Positions 1 to 9,700 of a stretch of DNA of 64,000 nt are shown one piece after another. The stretch spans positions 7,077 to 71,076 of IMG/VR virus record IMGVR_UViG_3300005518_000016; one strand, given 5' to 3'. Source of the DNA: a virus. The notes beneath the pieces were generated by a model, which saw nothing but the letters and a program-made list of their open reading frames with translations, did not search any database and was not told the DNA's origin. The translations under genes were made by a program, and so were the position numbers. How positions within the stretch are numbered: position 1 is the stretch's first letter; every line of letters starts with the position of its first letter.

Positions 1-70
1 TCCGCTGGTCGAGCAGGCCACTGCCGAATACAACCGGCTCGTGGCGGCCCGCCAGAGCACCCCGAGTTAA
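1..70 (+). CDS. 3' end of upstream gene, probably the capsid scaffolding protein (partial)
   Basis: Open frame ...PLVEQATAEYNRLVAARQSTPS* ends at TAA 68-70, directly before the capsid gene. Function inferred from position only. Confidence 0.4.
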   Translation, partial: PLVEQATAEYNRLVAARQSTPS

Positions 71-112
71 GCCTGCGGCGCCGGGGCGGGGTGATTGTGA
101 AGGAGTAGTCCG

Positions 113-1282
113 ATGCACCTACTGAAGCGGGTCGACGCCTTCGTCCGCGCCAACCCTCTATTCACCTCTCTGCTGCTGATGCTGCTGGCGCTTCTGACCC
201 AGCATCCTGGCACCGGACTGCTTCTGCTGGCCGGGCCGATCCTCCTCGATGACGTCAACACCGTCACGACCAAGACGATCATGCCCGGCGTGGTCGACAA
301 CTTCTTCAAGGCCGGGCCGCTCATCGCCTATCTCAAATCGCGGTTCACCCGCCGCTGGATCGGCCCGCAGATCCAGGAAAACTACATGTACGCCCCCATG
401 AAGGGTGGGGCCTACAAAAAAGGTGCGACCTTCAACATCCTCAAGCGGCAGACCCGCTCGGGCATGTTGTTCACCCCCCGGTACTACGAGGTCAACGTCA
501 CCGAATTCCTCGAGGACATCGAAGTCGAGCAGGTGGGTCCCAACGCCGTGTTCAACGTGGTCAAGACCGATATGGCCGAGGCGGCCCTCACCATGTCGGC
601 CATCCTCGAGATCGCGGCCTTCCACCACGGGCAGGCCCTCGCCGGTGACGACCGCTCCGCCGAGATCAACGGCCTCGAGGAGATCCTCACCGACGGCACC
701 AACGTCACCTGGACGGGATCGACCTTCACCTCCTACGGCGGGCAGCTCCGGGTCTCGGTGTCACCGGCCCTCAACTCGCCCGTTGGCCTGATCACCCCCT
801 CGGTCGCCGGCATGTCGTTCCGCGCCCTGCAGCACAGCTACCTCTCCACCTGCATCGGTAACGAGCACCCGGCCATTGGCCTCACGACCAACCGCGGCAT
901 GGGGTACATCGCCGAGACCTTCCTGCCGCACCAAATAGTTGATGTGGTCGACCCGGAGATCAACTGGCCCGGCCTGAAATTCAACCAGGCCAAGATCGTC
1001 GTCAGCCAGTACGCCCCCGGTGCCGATGGCGTCAACGACCCGGACCTCGGCAACTACCTCGCCTCGGCCGGCGAGACCTTCTGGTGGGTCAACCCGGGCC
1101 CCCAGGGCGACGACGCCTATATCCGGCTCTACATCGCCCAATCGCCCAAGTTCGCCTTCGGGTTCACCGGGTTCAAAGGCGCCCGGGACGACAACATGGT
1201 CTCCGGGCAGATCCTCTTCGCCGGCAACCTGACCGGACGTGCCCCACGGCTGTCGCGTGCCCTGTTCGGCATTGCCAAATAG
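113..1282 (+). CDS. Major capsid protein (probable HK97 fold) with a hydrophobic N-terminal leader
   Basis: 389 aa, AGGAG RBS. Capsid-like segments VVDNFFKAGPLIAYL, INGLEEILTDG, YGGQLRV, GLKFNQAKIVVSQYAP, QILFAGNLT. First gene of the structural operon. Confidence 0.85.
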   Translation: MHLLKRVDAFVRANPLFTSLLLMLLALLTQHPGTGLLLLAGPILLDDVNTVTTKTIMPGVVDNFFKAGPLIAYLKSRFTRRWIGPQIQENYMYAPMKGGAYKKGATFNILKRQTRSGMLFTPRYYEVNVTEFLEDIEVEQVGPNAVFNVVKTDMAEAALTMSAILEIAAFHHGQALAGDDRSAEINGLEEILTDGTNVTWTGSTFTSYGGQLRVSVSPALNSPVGLITPSVAGMSFRALQHSYLSTCIGNEHPAIGLTTNRGMGYIAETFLPHQIVDVVDPEINWPGLKFNQAKIVVSQYAPGADGVNDPDLGNYLASAGETFWWVNPGPQGDDAYIRLYIAQSPKFAFGFTGFKGARDDNMVSGQILFAGNLTGRAPRLSRALFGIAK

Positions 1283-1316
1283 CCGAGTTGGCCTAACCAT
1301 CTGAAGGAGTACCGTT

Positions 1317-1877
1317 ATGCCCAACGCATGGTTCAGCCAGCCGGTCTTCATCCCGGGTGGCGACCCCGAGCAGATGAACGAGCCGAGTCTGTCCTACCCG
1401 GGCCAGCTCGGCATCCGCTTCAGCTACATCCAGCCGCCGCGCACGCCCCCCTCGGCCGGCTCCGAGGAAGGCCAGCCCAAATCCTTCCAACTTGTGCAAA
1501 GCGACTCGAGCATGTCAGTCGCCCCGTACGATAGCGCCGTCGCCTGGTGGGCCAACCGTGTCAACTACCTGGTCACCACCAACGCCGCCACCCCGGGTCG
1601 CAGCCGGATCGCGGGCATCTTCAAGACCGCCGTCACGCCCGGCAACTTCTGCTGCGTGCAACAAAAAGGTCTCGCCGCGGTGAAGATCATCGATGCGCCG
1701 ACCGCCGCCCCGACCACGGCCGGTCTCATGGTCGTCCCGTCCACCACCAACGGCAAGGCGGACGTCCTCGCCTCCGGCACCGCCTACACCTTCGGCCGGA
1801 TCGGCATGACCACCACGGTGATGAACACGGGTGACAACACCTGTATCGTGGACCTCGACGTACCGGAAGTGATGTAG
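1317..1877 (+). CDS. Putative capsid decoration/cement protein
   Basis: 186 aa directly after the capsid gene; GGAG RBS; YPGQLG and GNFCCVQQKGLAAV segments resemble cement proteins. Confidence 0.55.
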   Translation: MPNAWFSQPVFIPGGDPEQMNEPSLSYPGQLGIRFSYIQPPRTPPSAGSEEGQPKSFQLVQSDSSMSVAPYDSAVAWWANRVNYLVTTNAATPGRSRIAGIFKTAVTPGNFCCVQQKGLAAVKIIDAPTAAPTTAGLMVVPSTTNGKADVLASGTAYTFGRIGMTTTVMNTGDNTCIVDLDVPEVM

Positions 1878-1887
1878 GAGGTGATGG

Positions 1888-2202
1888 ATGGCTTTGACCC
1901 TCACCACCACCAACTACCCCTTCCGGGATCGCTGGAACGACTGTCTGGTCCGGCGGGCGCGGCTCGCCGGTCCCCTCAGCTACGCCACCGGCGGGATCGC
2001 CATCGACAACGCCGGGGACTTCGGCTGGGGCGAGACGCACACCCTCCTCGGGACCCTCTGGAACGGCTCGGCGCTCCGGGACCTCTGGCTCGACCGTCCC
2101 AACCAGAAGGTCCTCGTCGTCGTGCCGAATACCGGGTCCGAAGTGGGCAATGGCACGGATCTCTCAGCCTTCGTGGGGGAGATCCTGGCCACTGGAAAGT
2201 AG
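1888..2202 (+). CDS. Putative virion (head-associated) protein
   Basis: 104 aa, strong GGAGGTG RBS; SYATGGIAI...EVGNGTDLS pattern. Confidence 0.55.
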   Translation: MALTLTTTNYPFRDRWNDCLVRRARLAGPLSYATGGIAIDNAGDFGWGETHTLLGTLWNGSALRDLWLDRPNQKVLVVVPNTGSEVGNGTDLSAFVGEILATGK

Positions 2203-2217
2203 ACCGGGGGGTGATCT

Positions 2218-3168
2218 CTGGCTGCAAAAACCTACGGCGAGGTGGTCGGACTGGTCCAGCTGCATTGCCCGCTGGCCCCGGTTTCGCTCGCCCAAACGTG
2301 GGTCCAGCAGGCCTATGAGGAACTCGCGGGTAAGCGCCATTGGGCGTGGCTGAGGAAGGAGCTCCTCCTCACCACGCTCGCGGCGCGATCCATCTCGGTC
2401 ACCTTCACCAACGGCTCAACCGCCATTACCTCAGCGGCCCTCTTCGTCGCCTCTGACGCCGGTCGACAGATCCGGGTGGGGACCACCGGTACCCCGACCT
2501 ACACCATCGACACCGTGACCAACGCCTCCGCGGCCGTCCTCACCGCGGCCTACCAAGGGGATTCCGGCGCCGCCACGGCCATGATCTCCGACATCTACCT
2601 CGCCATGCCTGCCGATTTCCGGAGCTTCGACGCGGTCACCGACCCCACCATCCAGCGCCCCATTGCCTGGTGGATCTCCCGCGACCGCCTCGATCTCTTC
2701 GATCCCGGCCGGGTCAGCTACGACAGCCGCCTCCGGGTCCTCGCGGCCTACCAGCTCTCCTCGGCCACGGCGACCCTCAATCAGCTCCTCTACGAGGCGT
2801 GGCCCCACCCCACATCCGGTGGCACCTACGTCATCAAGTATTTCGCCCGGACCGATCAGCTGGCCGACGACGACGTCTTCAAGGGTGTCCTCGCCACGAA
2901 AACTCAGGCCCTCCTCGAAGGGGCCCTCAGCCGTGCCGCCCGCTGGCCCGGCACCACGACTCAGAAGAATCCCTACTTCAGCCTGCCGCTGGCGCTGCAA
3001 CTCGAGGGCAAGTTCCGTGAGGCCTGTCAGACCCTCGATGTCATGGACGACGACCAATATCTGATGGACCTGCAGCAGGTGGATCTCTCGAAGTTTGGGC
3101 TGGCGGCGCTTTCGGCGGATACTACGCTGATGCGTCAGTCCGACGCGACGCTGTCTGACTACTATTGA
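2218..3168 (+). CDS. Putative head-tail adaptor protein (possible CTG start at 2218; first canonical start is GTG 2242)
   Basis: QQAYEEL...HWAWLRK, YLAMPADFRSF, EAWPHP motifs typical of adaptors; extra beta-rich insert (VTFTNGSTAITS). Confidence 0.6.
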   Translation: MAAKTYGEVVGLVQLHCPLAPVSLAQTWVQQAYEELAGKRHWAWLRKELLLTTLAARSISVTFTNGSTAITSAALFVASDAGRQIRVGTTGTPTYTIDTVTNASAAVLTAAYQGDSGAATAMISDIYLAMPADFRSFDAVTDPTIQRPIAWWISRDRLDLFDPGRVSYDSRLRVLAAYQLSSATATLNQLLYEAWPHPTSGGTYVIKYFARTDQLADDDVFKGVLATKTQALLEGALSRAARWPGTTTQKNPYFSLPLALQLEGKFREACQTLDVMDDDQYLMDLQQVDLSKFGLAALSADTTLMRQSDATLSDYY

Positions 3169-3196
3169 GGTGGCTACACCATAGGAGGCATCACCA

Positions 3197-3487
3197 ATGG
3201 CCGATCTGAAAACCTTGTTCTCCGACGCCGTCTGCCCCACCCCGGATGCCGGCTCCGGCTTCTCCGGCACCCCCGGTGGCCTCGATCAAGGCTCGGGTCC
3301 CAACGGCCTGACCGCCATCCCGTGGGCCGCCGCCCCCGTCCCGACGCCCTCCGGCGAAATGACCTCCTGCCCGGACCTCGGCGGCCCACCCATCAAGCAG
3401 GTGGACACCGGTGGCAGCACCTACGAAGGGCAGTCCCAGCAGGGGGACATCACCATGCCGCCGCTCCGCACGGTGGACAAGAAGTAG
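3197..3487 (+). CDS. Hypothetical virion-operon protein
   Basis: 96 aa, AGGAGG RBS, abuts the next gene. Confidence 0.6.
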   Translation: MADLKTLFSDAVCPTPDAGSGFSGTPGGLDQGSGPNGLTAIPWAAAPVPTPSGEMTSCPDLGGPPIKQVDTGGSTYEGQSQQGDITMPPLRTVDKK

Positions 3488-3808
3488 ATGGCCGCCCGCA
3501 GCTTCAACCTGACGCTCGCCGCCACCCAGCAGCGGGTGTCGGATGTCTACGGCGGCACCCCGGGCTCGATCGATCCCAAGGTCGACATCCCCTACCGGCA
3601 GGTCTGGCTGCAGGCCTCGGGGGCTGCCGCCTTCATCGGGTCCGACCCCGCGGTCCTCTCCACCACCGTCTATGGCAACAAGGTGGACTCGGCCAACACG
3701 GGCTCCGGACTGGAGCTGGGCCCCTTCAACCAGGGGCCGATCAAGCTCTCCGATCTCTACGCCCTGGGGTCAGGCTCCACGCTCCACATCCTGGGGATCC
3801 CCTACTGA
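3488..3808 (+). CDS. Hypothetical structural protein
   Basis: 106 aa, beta-rich, within the operon. Confidence 0.6.
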   Translation: MAARSFNLTLAATQQRVSDVYGGTPGSIDPKVDIPYRQVWLQASGAAAFIGSDPAVLSTTVYGNKVDSANTGSGLELGPFNQGPIKLSDLYALGSGSTLHILGIPY

Positions 3809-3823
3809 TGAGGTGATCGCGGT

Positions 3824-4228
3824 ATGGCCCTGGTCGTCCCCAACGCCGAGGAGGTTCGCGCCCTGACGGCGTGGCAGGGGGCGTCCGCGCCGTGGTCCCT
3901 GCGCCTGTTTGGCAACAACGCCACGCCAGCCGTCGGCAGTGTCGCCGCCGACTTCACCGAGATCGCCGGGGCGGGCTACGCGGCCATCAGCCTGCCGTCG
4001 GCGTCTTGGGCGTACACCCCCGGTGTCCCGACCGTTGCCCTCTACCCGGCCCAGACCTTCACCTTCACCGGAGCGATCAACGCCCCGGGGACCATCTACG
4101 GCTACTTCATCCTGAATGCCGCATCGCAGCTGGTCTTGGCTGAGCGGCTGGCCTCGCCCCCCTTTACCCCGGCGGTCAATGGGGACTCGGTGATCGTCGT
4201 GCCACGGATCACCTTGGTGCAGGTCTGA
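3824..4228 (+). CDS. Putative minor tail/fibre-attachment protein
   Basis: 134 aa, GAGGTG RBS; LRLFGNN...ADFTE...GYAAISL...TIYGYFI pattern common in phage structural proteins. Confidence 0.55.
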   Translation: MALVVPNAEEVRALTAWQGASAPWSLRLFGNNATPAVGSVAADFTEIAGAGYAAISLPSASWAYTPGVPTVALYPAQTFTFTGAINAPGTIYGYFILNAASQLVLAERLASPPFTPAVNGDSVIVVPRITLVQV

Positions 4229-4231
4229 TCC

Positions 4232-5407
4232 ATGTCAACGGGAGGTACGGCCAATCCGATTACCTCGGCTCCTATCCTACAGGATGACTGGGTGATCGGA
4301 GCGAGTTCGGTTAACTTGCCTGGACCAGCGTCCACGCACATTCCACCCGAGCGGCTGATCTTCCCCTTCGACTTCTCGGCCATGGCGGGGCTGAACGCCC
4401 GGATGATCATCGCGCCGTTCCATCTGGAGTTCACGAGCTTTCTCCCGGGTGGTGGCCTTGATCAGTCCACGTACGAGTCTATCCCCCTCTTTGCCTCCGG
4501 CGCCGGGACACTCTACGCCGCGACAGCCGTGGAGAATGGGACGAATCAGTCGGGGGGGCACTCGACACAGCTGTGGGCTGGAAACTACAATGGGACGATC
4601 GATGGTACCTTCAACAGCGGGGGGGTCCCGAACTATCAGGCCGGTGGAGACGCGCGGTTTGGGTCGAGCTTTGCCAAGAGCCCAATTACCGGTAGCTGCT
4701 GGACGTACGCCGAACTCGCCGCGGGGGGCTTCGGCTTCGAGCAATTCATCTGGAATGTCAATCCCTCCAACGCCGAAACGATCAACGCAGGGCCTTGGCG
4801 CATCGACTGGACCGTCTGGGAATATCCCACCATCACCTCCATCGATGAGTCCAACGCAAACCCGGCTGGAGGGACCAGGGTCCACGTCAACGGGACGGAG
4901 TTTTACGGAGAGGGTACGGTTGTTGGTTTTGATGGGGGGGATAGCCCATCCTTCTTCTTCACTGATTCCGGGGTGCAGGTCCTCTTTGACGGTGTGCCCG
5001 GAACCTCCGTCCGCTGGTATTCTGACGGACGGGTGAGCGCGATTGCCCCGGCCCACGCCGCAGGCATGATCACTCTGACTGTCCGCCTCAGTTACACCGC
5101 CTACGGCTGCGGAACCCAAGATGCGACCTTTCCCTTCCAGTACGGGGCCTCACAGTCCGTGTCCATCACGGGTAGTGGTGGTGAGGCGCTGGGCGGTGGG
5201 ATCGTCGGTGGCGGCTTCGATCTCTCAGGCTTCCATCTCGGCATCAATGGTGGGAATCCCACTCCCGGTGGAGCCCCGGCCTCGCTGGAAGGCTGCATCG
5301 TCACGGTCAGCCCGGGCACCGACTCCTCTGGAGGCTCAGGCTGCCTCCCCTCCCTCCCCACCGGCTCCGACTCCGCCGGAGGCTCCGGCTGCGGGGTGTC
5401 GCTCTAA
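4232..5407 (+). CDS. Virion protein with an IPT/TIG (Ig-like) domain
   Basis: PTITSI...AGGTRVHVNGTEF...VLFDGVP...IAPAHAAG...TFPFQY matches the IPT/TIG pattern; C-terminal DSxGGSGC repeat (2 copies). Confidence 0.6.
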   Translation: MSTGGTANPITSAPILQDDWVIGASSVNLPGPASTHIPPERLIFPFDFSAMAGLNARMIIAPFHLEFTSFLPGGGLDQSTYESIPLFASGAGTLYAATAVENGTNQSGGHSTQLWAGNYNGTIDGTFNSGGVPNYQAGGDARFGSSFAKSPITGSCWTYAELAAGGFGFEQFIWNVNPSNAETINAGPWRIDWTVWEYPTITSIDESNANPAGGTRVHVNGTEFYGEGTVVGFDGGDSPSFFFTDSGVQVLFDGVPGTSVRWYSDGRVSAIAPAHAAGMITLTVRLSYTAYGCGTQDATFPFQYGASQSVSITGSGGEALGGGIVGGGFDLSGFHLGINGGNPTPGGAPASLEGCIVTVSPGTDSSGGSGCLPSLPTGSDSAGGSGCGVSL

Positions 5408-6117
5408 TGCCCTACACGACCCAGACCCTCGCCGCCCTCCGCGCCCGCCTCCAGCGAGCCTACGACTCGACCCCCTTCTGGTCCGACCAGGAGGCCAACG
5501 ACGCGATCAACGAGGCCCTCTATTTCTTCAACCTCTACACCGGCTACTGGCGCGGCTCGGCCACCGCTCCCACCGTGGCGAACAACCCCTTCGTGAGTGT
5601 CCCCGGCTCCCTGACCTACCGTGCCCGCGTGACCCGTGCCGGCAAGACCCTCAAGCGGAAGTCCATCGTGGAGTTCTACCGGCAGCGCAAAAACTGGCGG
5701 ACGCAGACCACGGCCAGCGGCGCTCCCGTGCCTACTACCGTTCAAGAGTGGGCCCCGATCGGCCTTGCCACCATCGCCATCTGGCCCGCCGACGCCGCCG
5801 GTGGCACGACCCTGACCTTCGAGGCGATCCGGATCACCCCCATCCTCACCGCCGACGGCTCTCTCTTGGATCTCGGTGACGAGGAGATCCAGATCCTCCT
5901 CGATGAGTCCCTCTATATCCTCGCCTTCAAGCGTCCCTCGATCCTCCCGGCCTTCAAGCCCCGGCATCTGGCCTTCCTCGCCGCCTGTGTCGAGCGCAAC
6001 GACCAGCTCCGGGCCTCGAGCTACTTCAGACAAATTTTAGGCCTCGATCAGGAGCAGCGGCTGGAACCGGCCAAGGTGGCTGCGTCGCCTGCCGAGGAGG
6101 CGCCCGCAGCCCCATGA
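5407..6117 (+). CDS. Putative adaptor / tail tubular protein A-like
   Basis: FWSDQEANDAINEA and IAIWPA motifs. Confidence 0.55.
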   Translation: MPYTTQTLAALRARLQRAYDSTPFWSDQEANDAINEALYFFNLYTGYWRGSATAPTVANNPFVSVPGSLTYRARVTRAGKTLKRKSIVEFYRQRKNWRTQTTASGAPVPTTVQEWAPIGLATIAIWPADAAGGTTLTFEAIRITPILTADGSLLDLGDEEIQILLDESLYILAFKRPSILPAFKPRHLAFLAACVERNDQLRASSYFRQILGLDQEQRLEPAKVAASPAEEAPAAP

Positions 6118-6758
6118 GCGTCCTCTACACCACCATTTATTCCCAGATCCAACGGGTCACCCTCGAGAATGCCGGGGACGGCGGCGCCACGTGGCCCTCG
6201 GGCATGTGGACCGTCAACGAGGTGGTCAACGCCCTGCACGCCAGGGAGGACCGCTTCCTCGCCGCGACCGATCTCATCTGGACCCGGCTGGAGACCGCCA
6301 TTACCACGGGCCAAGCTGACCAAGCGGCTCCTGCGGATTGGATCGCCACCATTTTCATCGCCCTCAAGTCCTCCGCCGGCCTCTACCGCGAGCTCTCCAA
6401 GATGGACACCCTCGAGCTGGACTACATCCGCTCCACGTGGCCGGGGACCTCCTCCGCCACCCCCCTTGGGTACTATGAAAGTGATGGGGCCACCCTCACC
6501 ACCTACGTCGCCCCGATCCCTACCGATCCCGGCAGCGCCCTGGAGCGCTATTATGTCGCCAAGGGGGATCCCAACGGGACGACCTCCGTGGTCCCCGATG
6601 AATTCACCCCCATGCTGAAATACGGCATCCTCGCCGATCTGCTCAACAAGGTGGGGCAGGCCTCCAACCCGACCCTCGCTGCGGCGTGCGAGGAGCGGTG
6701 GCAGGAGGGATTGGCCATGGGCCAACTCATGGCGACGGAAGGCTGGCTCGCCTTATGA
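6114..6758 (+). CDS. Putative adaptor protein (paralogous family)
   Basis: WTVNEVVNAL, APADWI, VAPIP, VPDEFTPMLKYGIL motifs; ATGA overlap with the upstream gene. Confidence 0.55.
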   Translation: MSVLYTTIYSQIQRVTLENAGDGGATWPSGMWTVNEVVNALHAREDRFLAATDLIWTRLETAITTGQADQAAPADWIATIFIALKSSAGLYRELSKMDTLELDYIRSTWPGTSSATPLGYYESDGATLTTYVAPIPTDPGSALERYYVAKGDPNGTTSVVPDEFTPMLKYGILADLLNKVGQASNPTLAAACEERWQEGLAMGQLMATEGWLAL

Positions 6759-9700
6759 GCCAATCTTGGCCTGCTGCGGCGCCTGACCCCTTCGAGACTC
6801 CGATGCGCCGGATCGGCCGCCGGCTGCTCAACCTCACCAAGCCCCTCACCGATCTCGATCCCGAGGAACTCTCCCGCGCGATCAATGTCCGCTGCCTCAC
6901 CGGCGGTCCCCTCGAAGTCCGCCCCGGTGAAACGGCCCTCGGCACCACGACCGGCACCGACAATGTCCATTCCCTCTTCCGCCTCAACGACCCGGCCAAC
7001 TCGGCCTTCGCCCGACTCGCCGGCAGCGCCACCGCCCTCTACCGGGGCACCACCGGCGCCTTCACCTCTGTCGACACGGGTTATTCCGGCGACCCCCTGA
7101 CCTTCTGCGGGGTCACCCTGCCGCTCACCGGCCTGCCCTTCGTCTTCATCGGCGACCGGAACAAGATGCGGAAGATCGACCGGACCAACGCCATTCAGAC
7201 CATCGGCTTGGGCGACGGGGCCCTGACCTCGACCGCCCTCGGCACCCAGCTCAATATCTCGATCGCCCAGTTCCAGCTCTCGGATTCCACCGATGCCGCC
7301 GCGTGGACGATGACTGCGGGTGTCGACACGGCCGGCACGGCTGCTGGCGCTCCGACCGCCGCCGACACCGGCCCCGTCGGCGACAAGGCCGTCTCCTTCA
7401 CCACGGCTCCCGGTGGCGCCGGTGCAGGCCTCGGCTACTCCTCGATCGTCTCGATCGCCAGGACCCTCAACCTCACGGCCTTCCCCGGCCCCGTCACCGT
7501 GGAGGACGACGACCTGATTGCGTTTGATGCCGCGATTAATTCCGACCTCAACCTGATCGATTCCTACAGCGTCTACCTCGTCACCTCGACCTTCACCGCC
7601 GGGGTGATCCCGGGTACCTCCGGCTCCCAGAATCTCAACGCCTACTACCACACCTTCACCGGCACCGATCTCCAGTCCCTGGTCCGGTGGGGCAACCTGG
7701 GCTTCCCGCTGCGCCGCGGCGACTTCCTCCGGATCGGCACCGACCCGGCCGCCACGTGGGCCACCGTCACCGGCATAGTCATAGTCATCCAGACCTCGAC
7801 CAACCGTGCCGCGACCATGACCTTCAACGGGATGTACGTGGAGGGTGGGGCGGACCCTGATGTCACCGATCCGACCTCGGTCCCCTACGACTACCGGGTC
7901 AGGAATTTCAATCCCTCCACTGGCACCAGGGGTAATCCCTCCGCCGTGCAGGCCGAGGCGAACTTCCTCAGCCCCCTGCGCCAGCCGGTCACAGTCACCC
8001 CCACCGCCACCGGCACCGCGGCCCTGCGGCAGGAGATTTTCCGGAGGGGTGGGTCTCCGGCTGCCGCCCAAGACTGGCACTACATCGGGGTCAATACCTC
8101 CGACGGCGGGGTCTTCTCCGACACCGTCTCCGACGAGACCGCGCTCACCGGAGAGGTCCTCGAGATCGACAATGACCAGCCGGTCACCTCCGTGAATAGC
8201 TCCGGGGTCACCGTCAAGAACACCATCGTCCCTGTGTTTTTCCTGGTGGAGGATTACTGCTTCGCCCTCGGGGATCTCCTCCAGCCCGGCCGTCTCTACC
8301 GCTCGAAGAGGAGTAGGCCGGAGAATTGGCCCGCCACCTCCTACACCGACGTCTGCGCCGCCAGCGAGGAGCTGATGAACGGCGGGATGATCGGCTCGGC
8401 GGGGTTCTGCTTCTCGCGCACCCGGATGTACGCCATCCTCAACAACTCCGACGGCACCTTCACGACCGAACCGACCGAGTGTGCCGAGGGGATGGTCGGC
8501 CGGTGGGCGATGGCCGAGACCCCCTACGGGATCGCCTTTGTCAGTCCCTTCGGTGTCCGCCTGACCAGTGGAGGCGTCCCGGCCCCGCTGTCCGACGAGC
8601 AGATCGGCCCACTTTTCCGCGGGCAGGCCGCTAATGGCTTCAACGCGATCGACCTCACCGTGCCTACGGCGTTAAAATTGGAGTATCACGACACAGAGCT
8701 CTGGCTGACCTACGCCGACACCGGTGGCACCCGCCGGCAGCTCATCTACAACTTCCTGGATAAAAATTGGCGCAGCTACCTCTTCGGCACCACTATTTCC
8801 ACCGCCTACAGCGAACCCATTCAAGGGGGCGCCGCCAGCCTGCTCCTCGGCTCCTTCGCCGCCGGAGGCATCTACACCCACAGCGGCTTCTCCGACCTCG
8901 GCTCGGGCATCGCCTACACCATCCGCACCGGCGCGCTCGACTTCGGCGATCCGGCCTTGGAGAAACTCTTCTCCCAGATCCGGCTGGAGGCGGAGATCTT
9001 CACCTCCACCCTGACCGTGCAGGCCTTTCTCAACGCTGAGGCCACCACGGTGACAGCGCAGACCATCGTCGGCACGGCGGGGCTCAAGCCCTATAATTTC
9101 GAGCCCTTCGGCACCACCCCCATGCGGGCCCGGACGGTGAGCGTCGAGTTCCGTGGCACGGCTCCTACCTCCGGCCGCCCCTACTGGACCGTCGCCGGGG
9201 TCTCCCGCCAGCTCCAGCCAATGATCGTCTACAACGAGGCGACCCCGTGGGAGGAGCTCCCCGGTGGCGAAGGCTATCTCTGGGGGTGCCTCATCACCTG
9301 CGACACCGGCAACACGGCCCGCACGATCGAGGTGGAATACACCACCAACAACGGCTCGATCACCTCCGCCGCCACCCTCTCCATCACCGCCGATGGCCGG
9401 AAGAAGATCCCCTTCTCCTGGGGTGCCGTCCTCGCGCAACAAGTCCGCCTCCGCCCCACGGGCACCTGCATCCCGTGGATCCGCTTCAAGGTCGAATGGC
9501 TCTCCGATCCTGAACCCCCCCGCGTCCCCGGCTGGAACACCAACTGGGAGTCCTTCGGCTCCCTCTCGGACAAGTGGCTCAAGGGCATCCTGCTGGAGGC
9601 GGATACCTTCAACGTGGCTAAATCTGTGGTGGTCGACATCGATCAATCTCTCGCCGCGGTCAACCTCGGGTCCCTCACCTTCAACGGTCGCACGATCCAG

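Noticed and set aside
3197-3240. N-terminal resemblance of ORF 3197 (LKTLFSDAVC) to the helicase (FEDLFPDAC), and of ORF 26944 to the SSB start
   Set aside because: Too short to distinguish from chance.
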